DNA of 61,097 nucleotides, from assembly GCA_036518635.1 (NCBI GenBank), contig DATDMT010000054.1, positions 1-61,097 of the forward strand, written 5' to 3'. The notes below the pieces were generated by a model. It did not search any database. It had not been told where the DNA came from and saw only the letters and a program-made list of their open reading frames with translations. Shown here piece after piece: positions 20,854 through 30,636 of the stretch; the stretch's first letter is position 1; each line of letters begins with the position of its first letter. The DNA comes from Rhodocyclaceae bacterium. GTDB taxonomy: Bacteria > Pseudomonadota > Gammaproteobacteria > Burkholderiales > Rhodocyclaceae. The translations under genes were made by a program, and so were the position numbers.

Positions 20854-22773
20854 ATGACTCCCATCGATATCGCAAAATTCGAGCAGCTCAAGGCGACCGG
20901 CGAGCTGCCCTCGCCCAAGGGGCCGGCCCTGGCGATCATCCGCCTGACTCAGAAAGACGACGTCACGGTGGCCGAACTGGCCCACGCCATCAGCCCCGAC
21001 CCGGCCTTCGTCGGGCGCCTGATCAAGGCGGCCAACGGCGCCCAGGCCCTGGGGCGGCGGCCGGTGGCATCGATCGGCGATGCGGTGTCGGTACTCGGCA
21101 TTTCGGTGATTCGCACCCTGGCCCTGGGCTTTTCCCTGGTCTCGGAATACAGCCGCGGCCAATGCGTTGGCTTCAACTACGAACAGTTCTGGTCCCACGC
21201 CCTGGTGCGCGGCATCGCCATGCAGGCGGTGGGCGGCCGAGTGCGTGCCATCGCGGCGTCGGAGGCCTTTACCCTCGGCCTGCTGGCGCGGATCGGCGAC
21301 CTGGCTTTGGCTACCGTCTATCCGCAGAAATACACTGCCGTGCTGCAGGCCGCGCAGAACGATCCGGCGGCCTTGATCGCCAAAGAGCAGGAGACCTTCG
21401 CCTTGTGTCACGCCCAGGTGGCGGAGGCGATGCTGCGCGATTGGGGGTTCCCGACGATCCTTGCCGAGCCGCTGCTGGTGGTCGAGGAGCGGGACGGCAA
21501 CCACTATGACGAAGGCTCCCGTGCCGAACGGGTGGTGCAACTGCTGGTACTGGCGGATTTCATCGCCGACGTTTGCCTGGCGCCGGAAGCCGAGTGGCGC
21601 AACATGATGCCGCAGCTACTGCTGCTCGGCGGCAAGCTGTCGCTCGACGCCGAAGTGCTGATGTCGCTGTGCGACCAGGTGGCGCGCGACTGGGCCGAAT
21701 GGGGTCCGCTGCTGCAGGTGCAGGCCAAGCAGATGCCGCCCTTTGGCGAGATGTCCAAGCCGCCGGCGGCGCCGAAGATGGACGACGGCGCCCTGGTCGC
21801 CGGCGGCGAGGACGGCTATCGCATGCGCGTGCTGGTGGTCGATGACGACCGCGCCCTGCGCAGCCTGCTGCGTACCGTATTGACCGAAGCCGGGCACGAG
21901 GTGTTTGAGGCCGAGAGCGGCCGTAGCGGCTTTGAGCTGGCGCTCGAACTGCGGCCGCAAATCCTGATCTGCGACTGGATGATGCCGGAGATGAACGGCA
22001 TCGAACTGACACGCGCCCTGCGCGAGACCGCCCTCGGGCGCAACATCTACGTGCTGCTGCTGACCGCGCTGGACGAGGAGGACGCGCTGGTCGAGGCCTT
22101 CCAGGCCGGGGCCGACGACTTCATGAGCAAGCCGCTCAAGCCCAAGGTGCTGGCGGCGCGGCTGCGCGCCGGGCAGCGGGTGGTCAAACTGCAGCAGGAG
22201 GTGGAGCATGATCGGGAGGAAATCCGTCGCTTCGCCGCCGAGCTGGCGATCACCAATCGCAAGCTGCAACGGGTGGCGCTGACCGATTTCCTCACCGGCT
22301 TCCCCAACCGGCGCTATGCGATGGAACGCTTCCAGCAGGAATGGGCCGCGTCGCTGCGCAAGCAGCGGCCCCTGTCCTGCATGGTGGTGGATGTGGACAT
22401 GTTCAAGCAGGTGAACGACACCTACGGCCATGACGCCGGCGACCAGGTGCTGCGCAACACCTCGGCGGCGCTGAAAGCCGGCCTGCGCTCGCAGGACATC
22501 ATCTGCCGCATCGGCGGCGATGAATTCCTGATCCTCTGCCCAGATACCGCCCTGGATGCCGCCGTGGTCTGCGCCGAGCGGGTGCGCAAGGCGGTCAGCG
22601 AGACCGTCACCGAGTGCGGCGCCGATAAGGTTTGCGGCAGCGTCAGCATCGGCGTCGCCGAGCGCAGCGCCGACATGGGCGATATGGACGACTTGATCAA
22701 GCGCGCCGACGAAGGCGCTTATGCCGCCAAGGACGGCGGCCGCAACCGGGTGGTGGCAGTGCAGTTGCGCTGA
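20854..22773 (+). CDS. HDOD - receiver - GGDEF signalling protein (diguanylate cyclase)
   Basis: HDOD N-terminus (LPSPKGPALAIIRL...SVLGISVIRTLALGFSL). REC (RVLVVDDDRALR...ICDWMMPEMNG...SKPL). GGDEF with intact RIGGDEFLILC. Confidence 0.9.
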   Translation: MTPIDIAKFEQLKATGELPSPKGPALAIIRLTQKDDVTVAELAHAISPDPAFVGRLIKAANGAQALGRRPVASIGDAVSVLGISVIRTLALGFSLVSEYSRGQCVGFNYEQFWSHALVRGIAMQAVGGRVRAIAASEAFTLGLLARIGDLALATVYPQKYTAVLQAAQNDPAALIAKEQETFALCHAQVAEAMLRDWGFPTILAEPLLVVEERDGNHYDEGSRAERVVQLLVLADFIADVCLAPEAEWRNMMPQLLLLGGKLSLDAEVLMSLCDQVARDWAEWGPLLQVQAKQMPPFGEMSKPPAAPKMDDGALVAGGEDGYRMRVLVVDDDRALRSLLRTVLTEAGHEVFEAESGRSGFELALELRPQILICDWMMPEMNGIELTRALRETALGRNIYVLLLTALDEEDALVEAFQAGADDFMSKPLKPKVLAARLRAGQRVVKLQQEVEHDREEIRRFAAELAITNRKLQRVALTDFLTGFPNRRYAMERFQQEWAASLRKQRPLSCMVVDVDMFKQVNDTYGHDAGDQVLRNTSAALKAGLRSQDIICRIGGDEFLILCPDTALDAAVVCAERVRKAVSETVTECGADKVCGSVSIGVAERSADMGDMDDLIKRADEGAYAAKDGGRNRVVAVQLR

Positions 22774-22929
22774 GTTGCGTTGACCAGCAGGATTGGGCTT
22801 GCGGCGTTTGCCTGAACTCAGCCGAAGATGCCCCGGAGATTGGCCGATTGGGCCTGCTTGCCGCCGCGAAAGCCTGTGTTAGGATGCTTACAGTCGCTGG
22901 AGCGGACCTCGAAATACCTGTCCGACTCG

Positions 22930-23116
22930 CCGGGTTTCATCGGGAAACCCAATAAAATCAAATGATAAGCTAAGTGATGTAGGATTTTTCCTACATCAAT
23001 ATTGGCATTTGTCTTACTTGAAATCCCGCTGTTTACTGCTGGTGGACCCCCTGGGGCTGGACCAGAATGCGCTCGTAGCCTCAAACACTTAGAGGCGAAA
23101 TCTCAAGGAGCGCGTG
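22930..23116 (+). promoter_or_regulatory. AT-rich flhDC upstream/leader region with two hairpins
   Basis: The strongest local GC drop in the window (AATAAAATCAAATGATAAGCTAAGTGATGTAGGATTTTTCCTACATCAATATTGGCATTTGTCTTACTTGAAAT). Hairpins GGGTTTC/GAAACCC (22932-22950) and GATGTAGGA/TCCTACATC (22976-22997). It sits directly upstream of the flagellar master operon. Confidence 0.5.
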
Positions 23117-23434
23117 ATGAAAGCGACTGACACCTACAACGATATAAAGGAAGTCAACCTCGCCTACCTGATGTTGGCCCAAAGCATGGTTCGGTCCGAT
23201 CGGGAAGGCGCGGTATTCCGTCTTGGCATCAGCGAGGAAGTGGCAGAAATCCTCGAACGCCTGACCCCGGGTCAGGTGCTCAAGATGGCGGCGGCCGACA
23301 TGCTGCTGTGCAGCTTCCGCTTCAACGATTCCCTGTTGCTCAACCTGCTCTCGAACCACGAGCGGGACCGCGGCGTCGGCCATGTCCACGCAGCGATCCT
23401 GGCCGCCGGCAAGCCCGTCGAGTCCGTGGTCTGA
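23117..23434 (+). CDS. flhD: flagellar transcriptional activator FlhD
   Basis: ATG lies 6 nt after AAGGAG. Contains IKEVNLAYLMLAQSMVRSDREGAVFRLGISEEVAEILERLTPGQVLKMA...LLCSFRF, the typical FlhD core. Confidence 0.9.
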   Translation: MKATDTYNDIKEVNLAYLMLAQSMVRSDREGAVFRLGISEEVAEILERLTPGQVLKMAAADMLLCSFRFNDSLLLNLLSNHERDRGVGHVHAAILAAGKPVESVV

Positions 23435-23445
23435 GGGGGAACCCC

Positions 23446-23985
23446 ATGCGCAATAAGTCCGTAATCCTCGAGGCGCGGGACATCCGCCTGGCGGTGGAGC
23501 TGATCGAGCTAGGTGCTCGGCTGCAATTGCTCGAAGCCGAGACCAAGCTGTCCCGCGAGCGCCTGCTGAAGCTCTACAAGGAAGTGAAGGGCGAATCGCC
23601 CCCCAAGGGCATGCTGCCCTTCTCCACCGACTGGTTCATGACCTGGCAGCCGAACATCCATGCTTCCCTGTTCATGGCCTATTTCCGCTTCTTCGAGCGG
23701 CATACCCAGTTGCGCGGCCTGGAGCTGATCATCAAGGCCTATCGCATGTATCTGGAACAGATCAAGCGCGGCAATATGGAAACCGTGCTGTCCCTGACCC
23801 GGGCCTGGACCATGGTGCGCTTCTTCGAGGCCAGCATGCTGCAGATGGCCACCTGCCGCGAGTGCGGCGGCGAGTTCGTCACCCACGCCTACGACCCGAC
23901 CAAGGGTTATGTCTGTGGTCTATGCCACATGCCGGCCCGTGCCGGCAAGACGCGGAAGTCCGCCGCCGCCGTTACCGTAGCCTGA
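23446..23985 (+). CDS. flhC: flagellar transcriptional activator FlhC
   Basis: Starts MRNKSVILEARDIRLAVELIELGARLQLLEAET...STDWFMTWQPNIHASLF. Zn-site cysteines CRECGGEF...CGLCH. Confidence 0.9.
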   Translation: MRNKSVILEARDIRLAVELIELGARLQLLEAETKLSRERLLKLYKEVKGESPPKGMLPFSTDWFMTWQPNIHASLFMAYFRFFERHTQLRGLELIIKAYRMYLEQIKRGNMETVLSLTRAWTMVRFFEASMLQMATCRECGGEFVTHAYDPTKGYVCGLCHMPARAGKTRKSAAAVTVA

Positions 23986-24003
23986 TTTAGTTCGCCTCCG
24001 CAG

Positions 24004-24042
24004 CCCCGCCCGGGAGTAATCCCGCGCGGGGTTTGTTGTTTT
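24004..24042 (+). terminator. rho-independent terminator after flhC
   Basis: GC-rich bulged stem CCCCGC...CGGG / CCCG...GCGGGG (24004-24031), followed by TTTGTTGTTTT. Confidence 0.6.
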
Positions 24043-24127
24043 CAGCCCTGGCAGTGCCGCCGATTCCCCTTTTGCCGCTATCATTGCCGCTACAAAAGGC
24101 AACCAAGAGACCTGGGAGACCCGTGAC

Positions 24128-24988
24128 ATGTTTGTCATCATCGGTTATGTCGTCATTGTCGGCTGCGTGCTGGGCGGTTTTATTCTGGCCGGTGGTCATG
24201 TCCACTCGCTGATCCAGCCGACCGAATTGCTGTCCATCGGCGGCGCCACTTTCGGCGCGTTCCTGGTGGCCAATTCCCCTGCCGTCGTCAAGGCGACTCT
24301 GGGTGCGATCCCCAAGGTCTTCAAGGGCTCGCACATCAACAAGGCCTTGTACATGGACCTGCTGGCCATGCTCTTCGAGATTCTGTCGAAGGTGCGCAAG
24401 GAAGGCCTGATGTCGATCGAAGGCGACATCGAGAACCCGGAAGCCAGCCCGATCTTTTCCAAATATCCGACGATTTCTAGCGACCACCATCTGGTCGAAT
24501 TCCTCACCGACTATCTGCGGATGATGGTCGGCGGCAACCTGAACGCCTTCGAAATCGAAAACCTGATGGACAACGAAATCGAGACCCATCACCACGAGGG
24601 CGAGGCGCCGATCCATGCCATTTCCAAGGTGGCCGACGGCCTGCCGGCCTTCGGTATCGTCGCTGCGGTGATGGGCGTGGTGCACACCATGGAGTCGGTG
24701 GGCATTCCGCCGGCCGAGCTGGGCAAGCTGATTGCCGCCGCGCTGGTCGGTACCTTCCTCGGTATCCTGTTGTCCTATGGCTTCGTCGGCCCACTGGCGA
24801 CCACCCTGGAGCACAAGCTGAACGAAGAGGCCAAGGTTTTCCAGTGCATGAAGGTGGTGTTGCTGGCGAGCATGAACGGCTATGCGCCGCAGGTGGCCGT
24901 CGAATTCGGCCGCAAGGTGCTCTACTCCACCGACCGGCCGAATTTCCGCGAACTGGAAGAAGATCTGAAGGCTCGCAAGGGCAAGTGA
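24128..24988 (+). CDS. motA: flagellar motor stator protein MotA
   Basis: 286 aa, 4 TM. Contains GLPAFGIVAAVMGVVHTM and LVGTFLGILLSYGFVGPLA, conserved MotA plug/channel motifs. Confidence 0.95.
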   Translation: MFVIIGYVVIVGCVLGGFILAGGHVHSLIQPTELLSIGGATFGAFLVANSPAVVKATLGAIPKVFKGSHINKALYMDLLAMLFEILSKVRKEGLMSIEGDIENPEASPIFSKYPTISSDHHLVEFLTDYLRMMVGGNLNAFEIENLMDNEIETHHHEGEAPIHAISKVADGLPAFGIVAAVMGVVHTMESVGIPPAELGKLIAAALVGTFLGILLSYGFVGPLATTLEHKLNEEAKVFQCMKVVLLASMNGYAPQVAVEFGRKVLYSTDRPNFRELEEDLKARKGK

Positions 24989-25028
24989 TTCGGCCCTTTT
25001 CCCTCCGCATGCATGATCGTGGCCTTCC

Positions 25029-25985
25029 ATGAGTGACGACAGCCAGCAGCCAATCGTAGTCAAGAAGATCAAGAAGGGTGGCGGCGGCCATCACGGCGGC
25101 GCATGGAAGATCGCCTACGCCGACTTCGTCACGGCCATGATGGCCTTCTTCCTCTTGATGTGGCTGCTCGGCTCGACCACCCAGGGCGATTTGAAGGGCA
25201 TCGCCGACTACTTCTCGACGCCGCTCAAGGTGGCGATGGCCGGCGGCTCCGGTTCCGGCGATTCCTCGTCGGTGATTCAGGGCGGTGGCGAGGATTTGAC
25301 CCGAACCCATGGTCAGGTCAAGCGCGGCGACATTGAAGCGCCCAGGGCCAACATCAACCTGCAGGCCTTGAAGGCCGACTTCGAGCGCATCGAGCGGAAG
25401 AAGCTGGAGTCGCTCAAGGGCGAGCTGGAGGAAATGATCGACAGCACGCCCTCCCTCAAGCCCTATCGCAGTCAGTTGCTGTTGGATCTGACCACCGAAG
25501 GCTTGCGCATCCAGGTGGTGGATGAAAAGAGTCGGCCGATGTTCGACTCCGCCAGCTCCGAGTTGAAGCCCTATACCAGGACCATCCTGCGGGAAATCGG
25601 CCGGGCCTTGAACAAGGTGGAAAACCATATTTCCCTCTCGGGTCATACCGACGCCACTCCCTATTCGGGCGGCGACAAGGGCTTCGGCAATTGGGAGCTG
25701 TCCACCAATCGGGCCAACGCCTCGCGCCGTGAGTTGATTGCCGGCGGCATGGATGACTCGAAAATCATGCGGGTGGTGGGGCTGGCCTCCACCGTGCTCT
25801 ACGATAAGAGCGATCCCTTCAACCCGATCAATCGCCGGATCAGCGTCATCGTCATGAACAAGCGTACCGAGGAGGCCGTCCTGCGCGACGGACGGGTGGC
25901 CGAGGTGGGCGCCGGCGATGCCGAGCAGCAGCTCGACGCGGCCATGGCGCCAAAGGAAGCGGTTGCGCCGCCGGCGCCCCGCTGA
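25029..25985 (+). CDS. motB: flagellar motor stator protein MotB (OmpA-like C-terminal domain)
   Basis: Contains HHGGAWKIAYADFVTAMMAFFLLMWL (conserved Asp in the TM) and the OmpA-like block GHTDATPYSGG...NWELSTNRANASRREL. Confidence 0.95.
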   Translation: MSDDSQQPIVVKKIKKGGGGHHGGAWKIAYADFVTAMMAFFLLMWLLGSTTQGDLKGIADYFSTPLKVAMAGGSGSGDSSSVIQGGGEDLTRTHGQVKRGDIEAPRANINLQALKADFERIERKKLESLKGELEEMIDSTPSLKPYRSQLLLDLTTEGLRIQVVDEKSRPMFDSASSELKPYTRTILREIGRALNKVENHISLSGHTDATPYSGGDKGFGNWELSTNRANASRRELIAGGMDDSKIMRVVGLASTVLYDKSDPFNPINRRISVIVMNKRTEEAVLRDGRVAEVGAGDAEQQLDAAMAPKEAVAPPAPR

Positions 25986-26021
25986 TATACACGCATCTAT
26001 AACTAAAGGAATAGATTCTCA

Positions 26022-27245
26022 ATGCTCGGCATGTCCCGTTCAGTCTGGGTTGGTCTTGTCTTCGCCGTCCTCGGCGGAGCGGGCTTGGCCTGGCTGGTGG
26101 ACGACTTCAAGCTACCGTATTTCGCTACCGCCTTGCTGGCGGCCGGCATCGCCATGGCCGGCTTCCTGCTGGGGCGTGGCCGCGCGCCCGTGGGCGACGA
26201 TCCTGCCCGGCCGGCGGATGCGGGCGATACCCAACGGGTGCTGCTGGCCGAGTTCGAGCATTTGCTGGCCGAGTGCGCCAGCCAATTCCAGAACCAGCAC
26301 CAGGCGATCCAGGGCGAGACCGACCGGGTGCAGACGCTGCTGGCGGAAGCCATCAAATCCCTGACCGAAAGTTTCACCGGCATGTACCGGCAAACCGAGG
26401 AGCAGCGTCGACTTGGCCTTTCCGTCACCGCCGGCAGCGAGAATGCCAATTCGCCCGAGGCCTTCGATGAATTTGTCGCCAACACCTCCGGGGTGATGGA
26501 GAAGGTGGTGGACAGCATCATCTCCAATTCCAAACTCGGCATGGAACTGGTCGAGCTGACCGACGGCATCGCCCAGCGCACCCGCGATGTGCAGGCCATC
26601 CTGTCCGAGATCGGCGGCATCGCCAAGCAGACCAATCTGTTGGCGCTCAATGCCGCGATCGAGGCGGCCCGCGCCGGCGAGGCCGGGCGCGGCTTCGCCG
26701 TGGTGGCCGACGAGGTGCGCGACCTGTCGACCAGTACCTCCCAGTTCAGCCAGCAGATCAACGGACTGATGCAGAGCATGCAGGTCTCAGTGCGGCAGAC
26801 CGAGGAGGCGATCGAGCGCATGGCCAGCCAGGACATGACCTTCGCCCTCGATTCCAAGCAGCGCATCGAAGACATCATCCGCACCATGGAAGGCCAAAGC
26901 CGCGCCCGCATGGAGGCCATCGGCGGCCTGGCCGCCGCCGCCGCCGTGGTCGAGGGCGAGGTCTCCCGTGCTGTAACCGCGCTGCAGTTCCAGGACATGG
27001 TTTCCCAGTTGCTGGGCCACGTCCAGCGCCGGATCGAGGCGCTGGATACCGTCGTCAAGCACTTCGGCATGCTCGGCTCTGCCTTGCGCAGCGATGCCGA
27101 GCGCGGCGATGCGCCTGCCGCCATCGCTGGCCTCAAGGCCGAGGTGGAGCGCATGAAGCAAAGCCTCGTCGATCTGAGGCTGGACACTACACACAACCCC
27201 GTGGCCCAGGATGCAATGGCCCACGGAGATATCGAACTGTTCTGA
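26022..27245 (+). CDS. methyl-accepting chemotaxis protein, membrane-anchored hairpin without periplasmic domain; C-terminal GDIELF tail
   Basis: Two adjacent TM segments with a few-residue loop. MA domain [35 protein letters not shown]. Confidence 0.9.
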   Translation: MLGMSRSVWVGLVFAVLGGAGLAWLVDDFKLPYFATALLAAGIAMAGFLLGRGRAPVGDDPARPADAGDTQRVLLAEFEHLLAECASQFQNQHQAIQGETDRVQTLLAEAIKSLTESFTGMYRQTEEQRRLGLSVTAGSENANSPEAFDEFVANTSGVMEKVVDSIISNSKLGMELVELTDGIAQRTRDVQAILSEIGGIAKQTNLLALNAAIEAARAGEAGRGFAVVADEVRDLSTSTSQFSQQINGLMQSMQVSVRQTEEAIERMASQDMTFALDSKQRIEDIIRTMEGQSRARMEAIGGLAAAAAVVEGEVSRAVTALQFQDMVSQLLGHVQRRIEALDTVVKHFGMLGSALRSDAERGDAPAAIAGLKAEVERMKQSLVDLRLDTTHNPVAQDAMAHGDIELF

Positions 27246-27267
27246 TTCTTCCGAGGAGCCCTTTCCC

Positions 27268-27633
27268 ATGGCAAAAACCATTCTCGCAGTCGACGACTCC
27301 GCATCCCTCCGGCAGATGGTGGCCTTTACCCTGAAGAGTTCCGGGTATGAGGTGATCGAAGCGGTGGACGGCCAGGATGGCCTGGACAAGGCCAAGGGCC
27401 AGACCGTCAACCTGATCCTCACCGACCAGAACATGCCGCGCATGGATGGCCTGACCCTGATCCGCAACCTGCGGGCGCTGCCCCAGTACAAGGCGACGCC
27501 GATCCTGATGCTGACCACCGAATCCTCCGACGCCATGAAGCAGCAAGGCCGCGCGGTGGGTGCCACCGGCTGGCTGGTCAAACCTTTCGACCCGCAAAAA
27601 CTCATCGAAGTCGTCAAGAAGGTCATCGGCTAA
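27268..27633 (+). CDS. cheY: chemotaxis response regulator CheY (operon-proximal, Che2/F7-type CheY)
   Basis: 121 aa: MAKTILAVDDSASLR...LILTDQNMPRMDG...LMLTTES...WLVKPF. Internal ATG of track ORF 27211..27633. Confidence 0.9.
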   Translation: MAKTILAVDDSASLRQMVAFTLKSSGYEVIEAVDGQDGLDKAKGQTVNLILTDQNMPRMDGLTLIRNLRALPQYKATPILMLTTESSDAMKQQGRAVGATGWLVKPFDPQKLIEVVKKVIG

Positions 27634-27665
27634 AACCGATCAAATCGACCAGGGGGAGGGGGCGT

Positions 27666-30080
27666 ATGGCGATCGACATGAGCCAGTTCTATCAGGTCTT
27701 CTTTGAGGAGGCGGCTGAGCATCTGGCGACCATGGAATCCCTGCTGCTGGAGTTGGACGTCGCGGCGCCCGACCCGGAGCAGTTGAACGCGGTATTCCGC
27801 GCTGCGCATTCGATCAAGGGCTCGGCCGGCACTTTCGGCTTTACCGACCTGGCCGAGGTCACCCACATCCTGGAGAACCTGCTCGACCAGGTGCGCAAGG
27901 AAGAGTTGCTGCTGACCAACCCGATGATCGATGCCTTCCTCGATGCCGGAGACATCCTCAAGTCGATGCTGGCGGCCCATCGGGGCGAAGGCTCGGCCGA
28001 CCCGGAAGCGGTGGAAGCGATCTGCGTACGCCTGCGGCAATTGACCGGCGGCGATCAGGCGCCGGCAGCGTCCGCGCCCGCGCCGGCGCCCGAGGCCGCG
28101 GCGACTCCGGCTGCTGCGACGTCCGGTTACGACATTCGCTTCGCCATCGATGACGGCGTCGCCGGCCCGGTGGACGAAAGCCTGCTGGCCGAACTGGGCG
28201 GCCTCGGTGCGGTGACGGTCGTGCAGCGCCCGGAATCCCCGGACGGCATCTGGCAAGTCCGCCTCGAGACCGAGGCCGACGTGGACGATGTCCGCGCCCT
28301 GCTGGAATTCGTCGTGCGCAGCGATTCCTTGCGGGTATCGCCGCTGGGCAGCGCTGACGGTCTCAGCGGCGCGTCGGATGGCGCCTATGGCTTCTTCGAC
28401 GAGGAGCCTCAGGCTGCTGCCGCAAGTGAATCCACTCCCGCCGACGATGCGGACGGTGCCTTTGGTTTTTTTACCCCGATCACCGAAAGCAGCGACTGGG
28501 GCCAGTTCAACGAACCTGTCGTCGCGGCCAGCGGCGACGACCCCGATGGCGCTTTCGGCTTTTTCGATTCCCCCGCGCCGCCGGCTGCGCCCGCCGCAGC
28601 GGCGGAAGCCGAAACGGCTTACGGCTTCTTCGAGCCGCTGCCCGGGGCGACAAGCGCCGAAGCCCTCGCACCCACTGAAGCACCCGCGCCTAGCGAAGCG
28701 GCCGACGCCGCACCCAAGGACGATCCGAAAGGCGCCTATGGTTTCTTCCCCGGCGCCGCAGCCCACAAGCCTGCCCCGGAGGCCGCTGCGGCGGCAGCCC
28801 CGGCCTCGGCCACCGTCACCGCCTTGAAGCCCGCCGCCGCGGCCAAGTCGGCCGAACCGGCCAAGGCTGCTGCCCGCCCGGCCGCCGCTGTGGCTGGCAG
28901 CGACGCGACGATTCGGGTCGGCGTGGAAAAGGTCGACCAACTGATCAACCTGATCGGCGAATTGGTGATCACCCAGGCCATGCTCGCCCAATCCGCATCG
29001 GTGCTCGATCCGGTCGAATTCGAGCGCCTGCACAACGGCCTGGCGCAACTGGAGCGCAACACCCGCGACCTGCAGGAGTCGGTGATGTCGATCCGGATGA
29101 TGCCGATCTCCGTGGTCTTCTCGCGCTTCCCGCGAGTGGTGCGCGACCTTTCGCAAAAGCTCGGCAAGCAGGTCGAGCTGAAATTGATCGGCGAGAGCAC
29201 CGAGCTGGACAAGAGCCTGATCGAGCGGATTTCCGATCCGCTCACCCACCTGGTGCGCAACAGCCTCGATCACGGCATCGAAATGCCCGAGGAGCGGACC
29301 GCCAAGGGCAAGCAGGCGAGCGGCACGATCACCCTCAAGGCCTATCACCAGAGCGGCAACATCGTCATCGAAGTGGGCGACGACGGCGCCGGCCTGAACC
29401 GCCAGAAGATTCTCGCCAAGGCCAAGGAGCGCGGCCTCAATGCCCACGACCAGATGACCGACCACGAGGTCTGGCAACTGATTTTCGAACCGGGCTTTTC
29501 CACCGCCGATCAGGTCACCGAAGTTTCCGGCCGCGGTGTCGGCATGGACGTGGTGAAGCGCAACATTTCCGCCATGGGCGGCCGCGTCGAGATCGATTCG
29601 ATGACCGGCATCGGCACCCGCATGACCGTGCGCCTGCCGCTGACCCTGGCGATTCTCGACGGCATGTCGGTGGCCGTCGGCGACCAGACCTACATCATTC
29701 CCCTCGGCTACGTGGTCGAGTCGCTGCAGGCGACAGGCAACATGATCAAGAGCGTTTCCGGGGTCGAACGGCTGATCCAGGTGCGCGAGGAATATCTCCC
29801 GGTGGCCGCACTCTACGAGGTGTTCGCCATTCCCGGCGCGATCACCGCCCTCGACAAGGGAATCATGGTGGTGCTTGAGGCCGACGGGGTGAAGGCGGCG
29901 ATGTTCGTCGACGCCCTGGTGGGGCAGCACCAGGTGGTGATCAAGAGCCTGGAAGCCAACTATCGCAAGGTGCCCGGCGTTTCCGGCGCCACCATCATGG
30001 GCGATGGCCATGTGGCGCTGATTCTGGATGTGGCAGCACTGGTAGGCATGGCCCGCAGCATCGTGCCTGCCGCAGCTTGA
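27666..30080 (+). CDS. cheA: chemotaxis histidine kinase CheA (804 aa, long repeat-bearing P1-P3 linker)
   Basis: Hpt site [16 protein letters not shown]. Dimerisation/HATPase motifs [18 protein letters not shown] and [10 protein letters not shown]-terminal CheW-like P5 domain. Confidence 0.95.
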   Translation: MAIDMSQFYQVFFEEAAEHLATMESLLLELDVAAPDPEQLNAVFRAAHSIKGSAGTFGFTDLAEVTHILENLLDQVRKEELLLTNPMIDAFLDAGDILKSMLAAHRGEGSADPEAVEAICVRLRQLTGGDQAPAASAPAPAPEAAATPAAATSGYDIRFAIDDGVAGPVDESLLAELGGLGAVTVVQRPESPDGIWQVRLETEADVDDVRALLEFVVRSDSLRVSPLGSADGLSGASDGAYGFFDEEPQAAAASESTPADDADGAFGFFTPITESSDWGQFNEPVVAASGDDPDGAFGFFDSPAPPAAPAAAAEAETAYGFFEPLPGATSAEALAPTEAPAPSEAADAAPKDDPKGAYGFFPGAAAHKPAPEAAAAAAPASATVTALKPAAAAKSAEPAKAAARPAAAVAGSDATIRVGVEKVDQLINLIGELVITQAMLAQSASVLDPVEFERLHNGLAQLERNTRDLQESVMSIRMMPISVVFSRFPRVVRDLSQKLGKQVELKLIGESTELDKSLIERISDPLTHLVRNSLDHGIEMPEERTAKGKQASGTITLKAYHQSGNIVIEVGDDGAGLNRQKILAKAKERGLNAHDQMTDHEVWQLIFEPGFSTADQVTEVSGRGVGMDVVKRNISAMGGRVEIDSMTGIGTRMTVRLPLTLAILDGMSVAVGDQTYIIPLGYVVESLQATGNMIKSVSGVERLIQVREEYLPVAALYEVFAIPGAITALDKGIMVVLEADGVKAAMFVDALVGQHQVVIKSLEANYRKVPGVSGATIMGDGHVALILDVAALVGMARSIVPAAA

Positions 30081-30090
30081 GGAGAATGCA

Positions 30091-30588
30091 ATGAGCCAGC
30101 AAAACAACACGGCGGCGGGTGAGCACGACGAATCGGCCTTCGCCCAGGAATTCCTCACCTTTACTTTGGGACCCGAGGAATACGCCATCGACATCCTCAA
30201 GGTGCAGGAAATCCGCGGCTACGAAAAGCCCACCACCATCGCCAATGCCCCGGCCTTTATCAAGGGCGTGGTGAACCTGCGCGGCACCATCGTCCCGATC
30301 GTCGATCTGCGCATCAAGTTCAACGTCGGCAAGGTCGAGTACACGCCGTTTACCGTGGTCATCATCCTCAATATCGGTGGCCGCGTGGTCGGCATCGTCG
30401 TCGATAGCGTTTCCGACGTGACCATGCTGCGCGGCGACCAGATCCGCCCGGCGCCCGAGTTCGCGGCGACGGTGGACACCAAGTACCTCAACGGGCTGGG
30501 CACTCTGGGCGATCGGATGCTGATCGTGCTGGACATCGAGAGCCTGGTGCACTCCTCCGATCTGGCCTTGTCGGACAACCCCATCTGA
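30091..30588 (+). CDS. cheW: chemotaxis coupling protein CheW
   Basis: 165 aa: [25 protein letters not shown]...[18 protein letters not shown]. Confidence 0.95.
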   Translation: MSQQNNTAAGEHDESAFAQEFLTFTLGPEEYAIDILKVQEIRGYEKPTTIANAPAFIKGVVNLRGTIVPIVDLRIKFNVGKVEYTPFTVVIILNIGGRVVGIVVDSVSDVTMLRGDQIRPAPEFAATVDTKYLNGLGTLGDRMLIVLDIESLVHSSDLALSDNPI

Positions 30589-30636
30589 ACTGCCTGCGTG
30601 GACGCCTCAGCGACGCCCGAAAAAAAGGAGTAAGTC

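Noticed and set aside
24068-24099. Candidate sigma-28 (FliA) promoter or operator upstream of motA. The features are the direct repeat TTGCCGCTA at 24072-24080 and 24084-24092 inside the inverted repeat CCTTTTG/CAAAAGG, with partial similarity to the GCCGATAA -10 box.
   Set aside because: There is no TAAA-like -35 element at the required 15-nt spacing for either copy, and the match to the -10 consensus is only 6/8. It is kept as an unexplained repeat, not called as a promoter.
27630-30200. Very long ORFs in the track that run antisense to or out of frame with recognisable genes. Examples are 27630..30200 (-) 856 aa, 33226..35358 (-) 710 aa, 55287..57464 (-) 725 aa, 326..1744 (+), 1105..2382 (+), 5315..6370 (-) and 7919..9583 (-).
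   Set aside because: They are Arg/Gly/Ala/Pro-rich with no recognisable motifs. Each lies opposite a gene with unambiguous family signatures and high GC3. This is the typical pattern of stop-codon-poor shadow frames in high-GC DNA.
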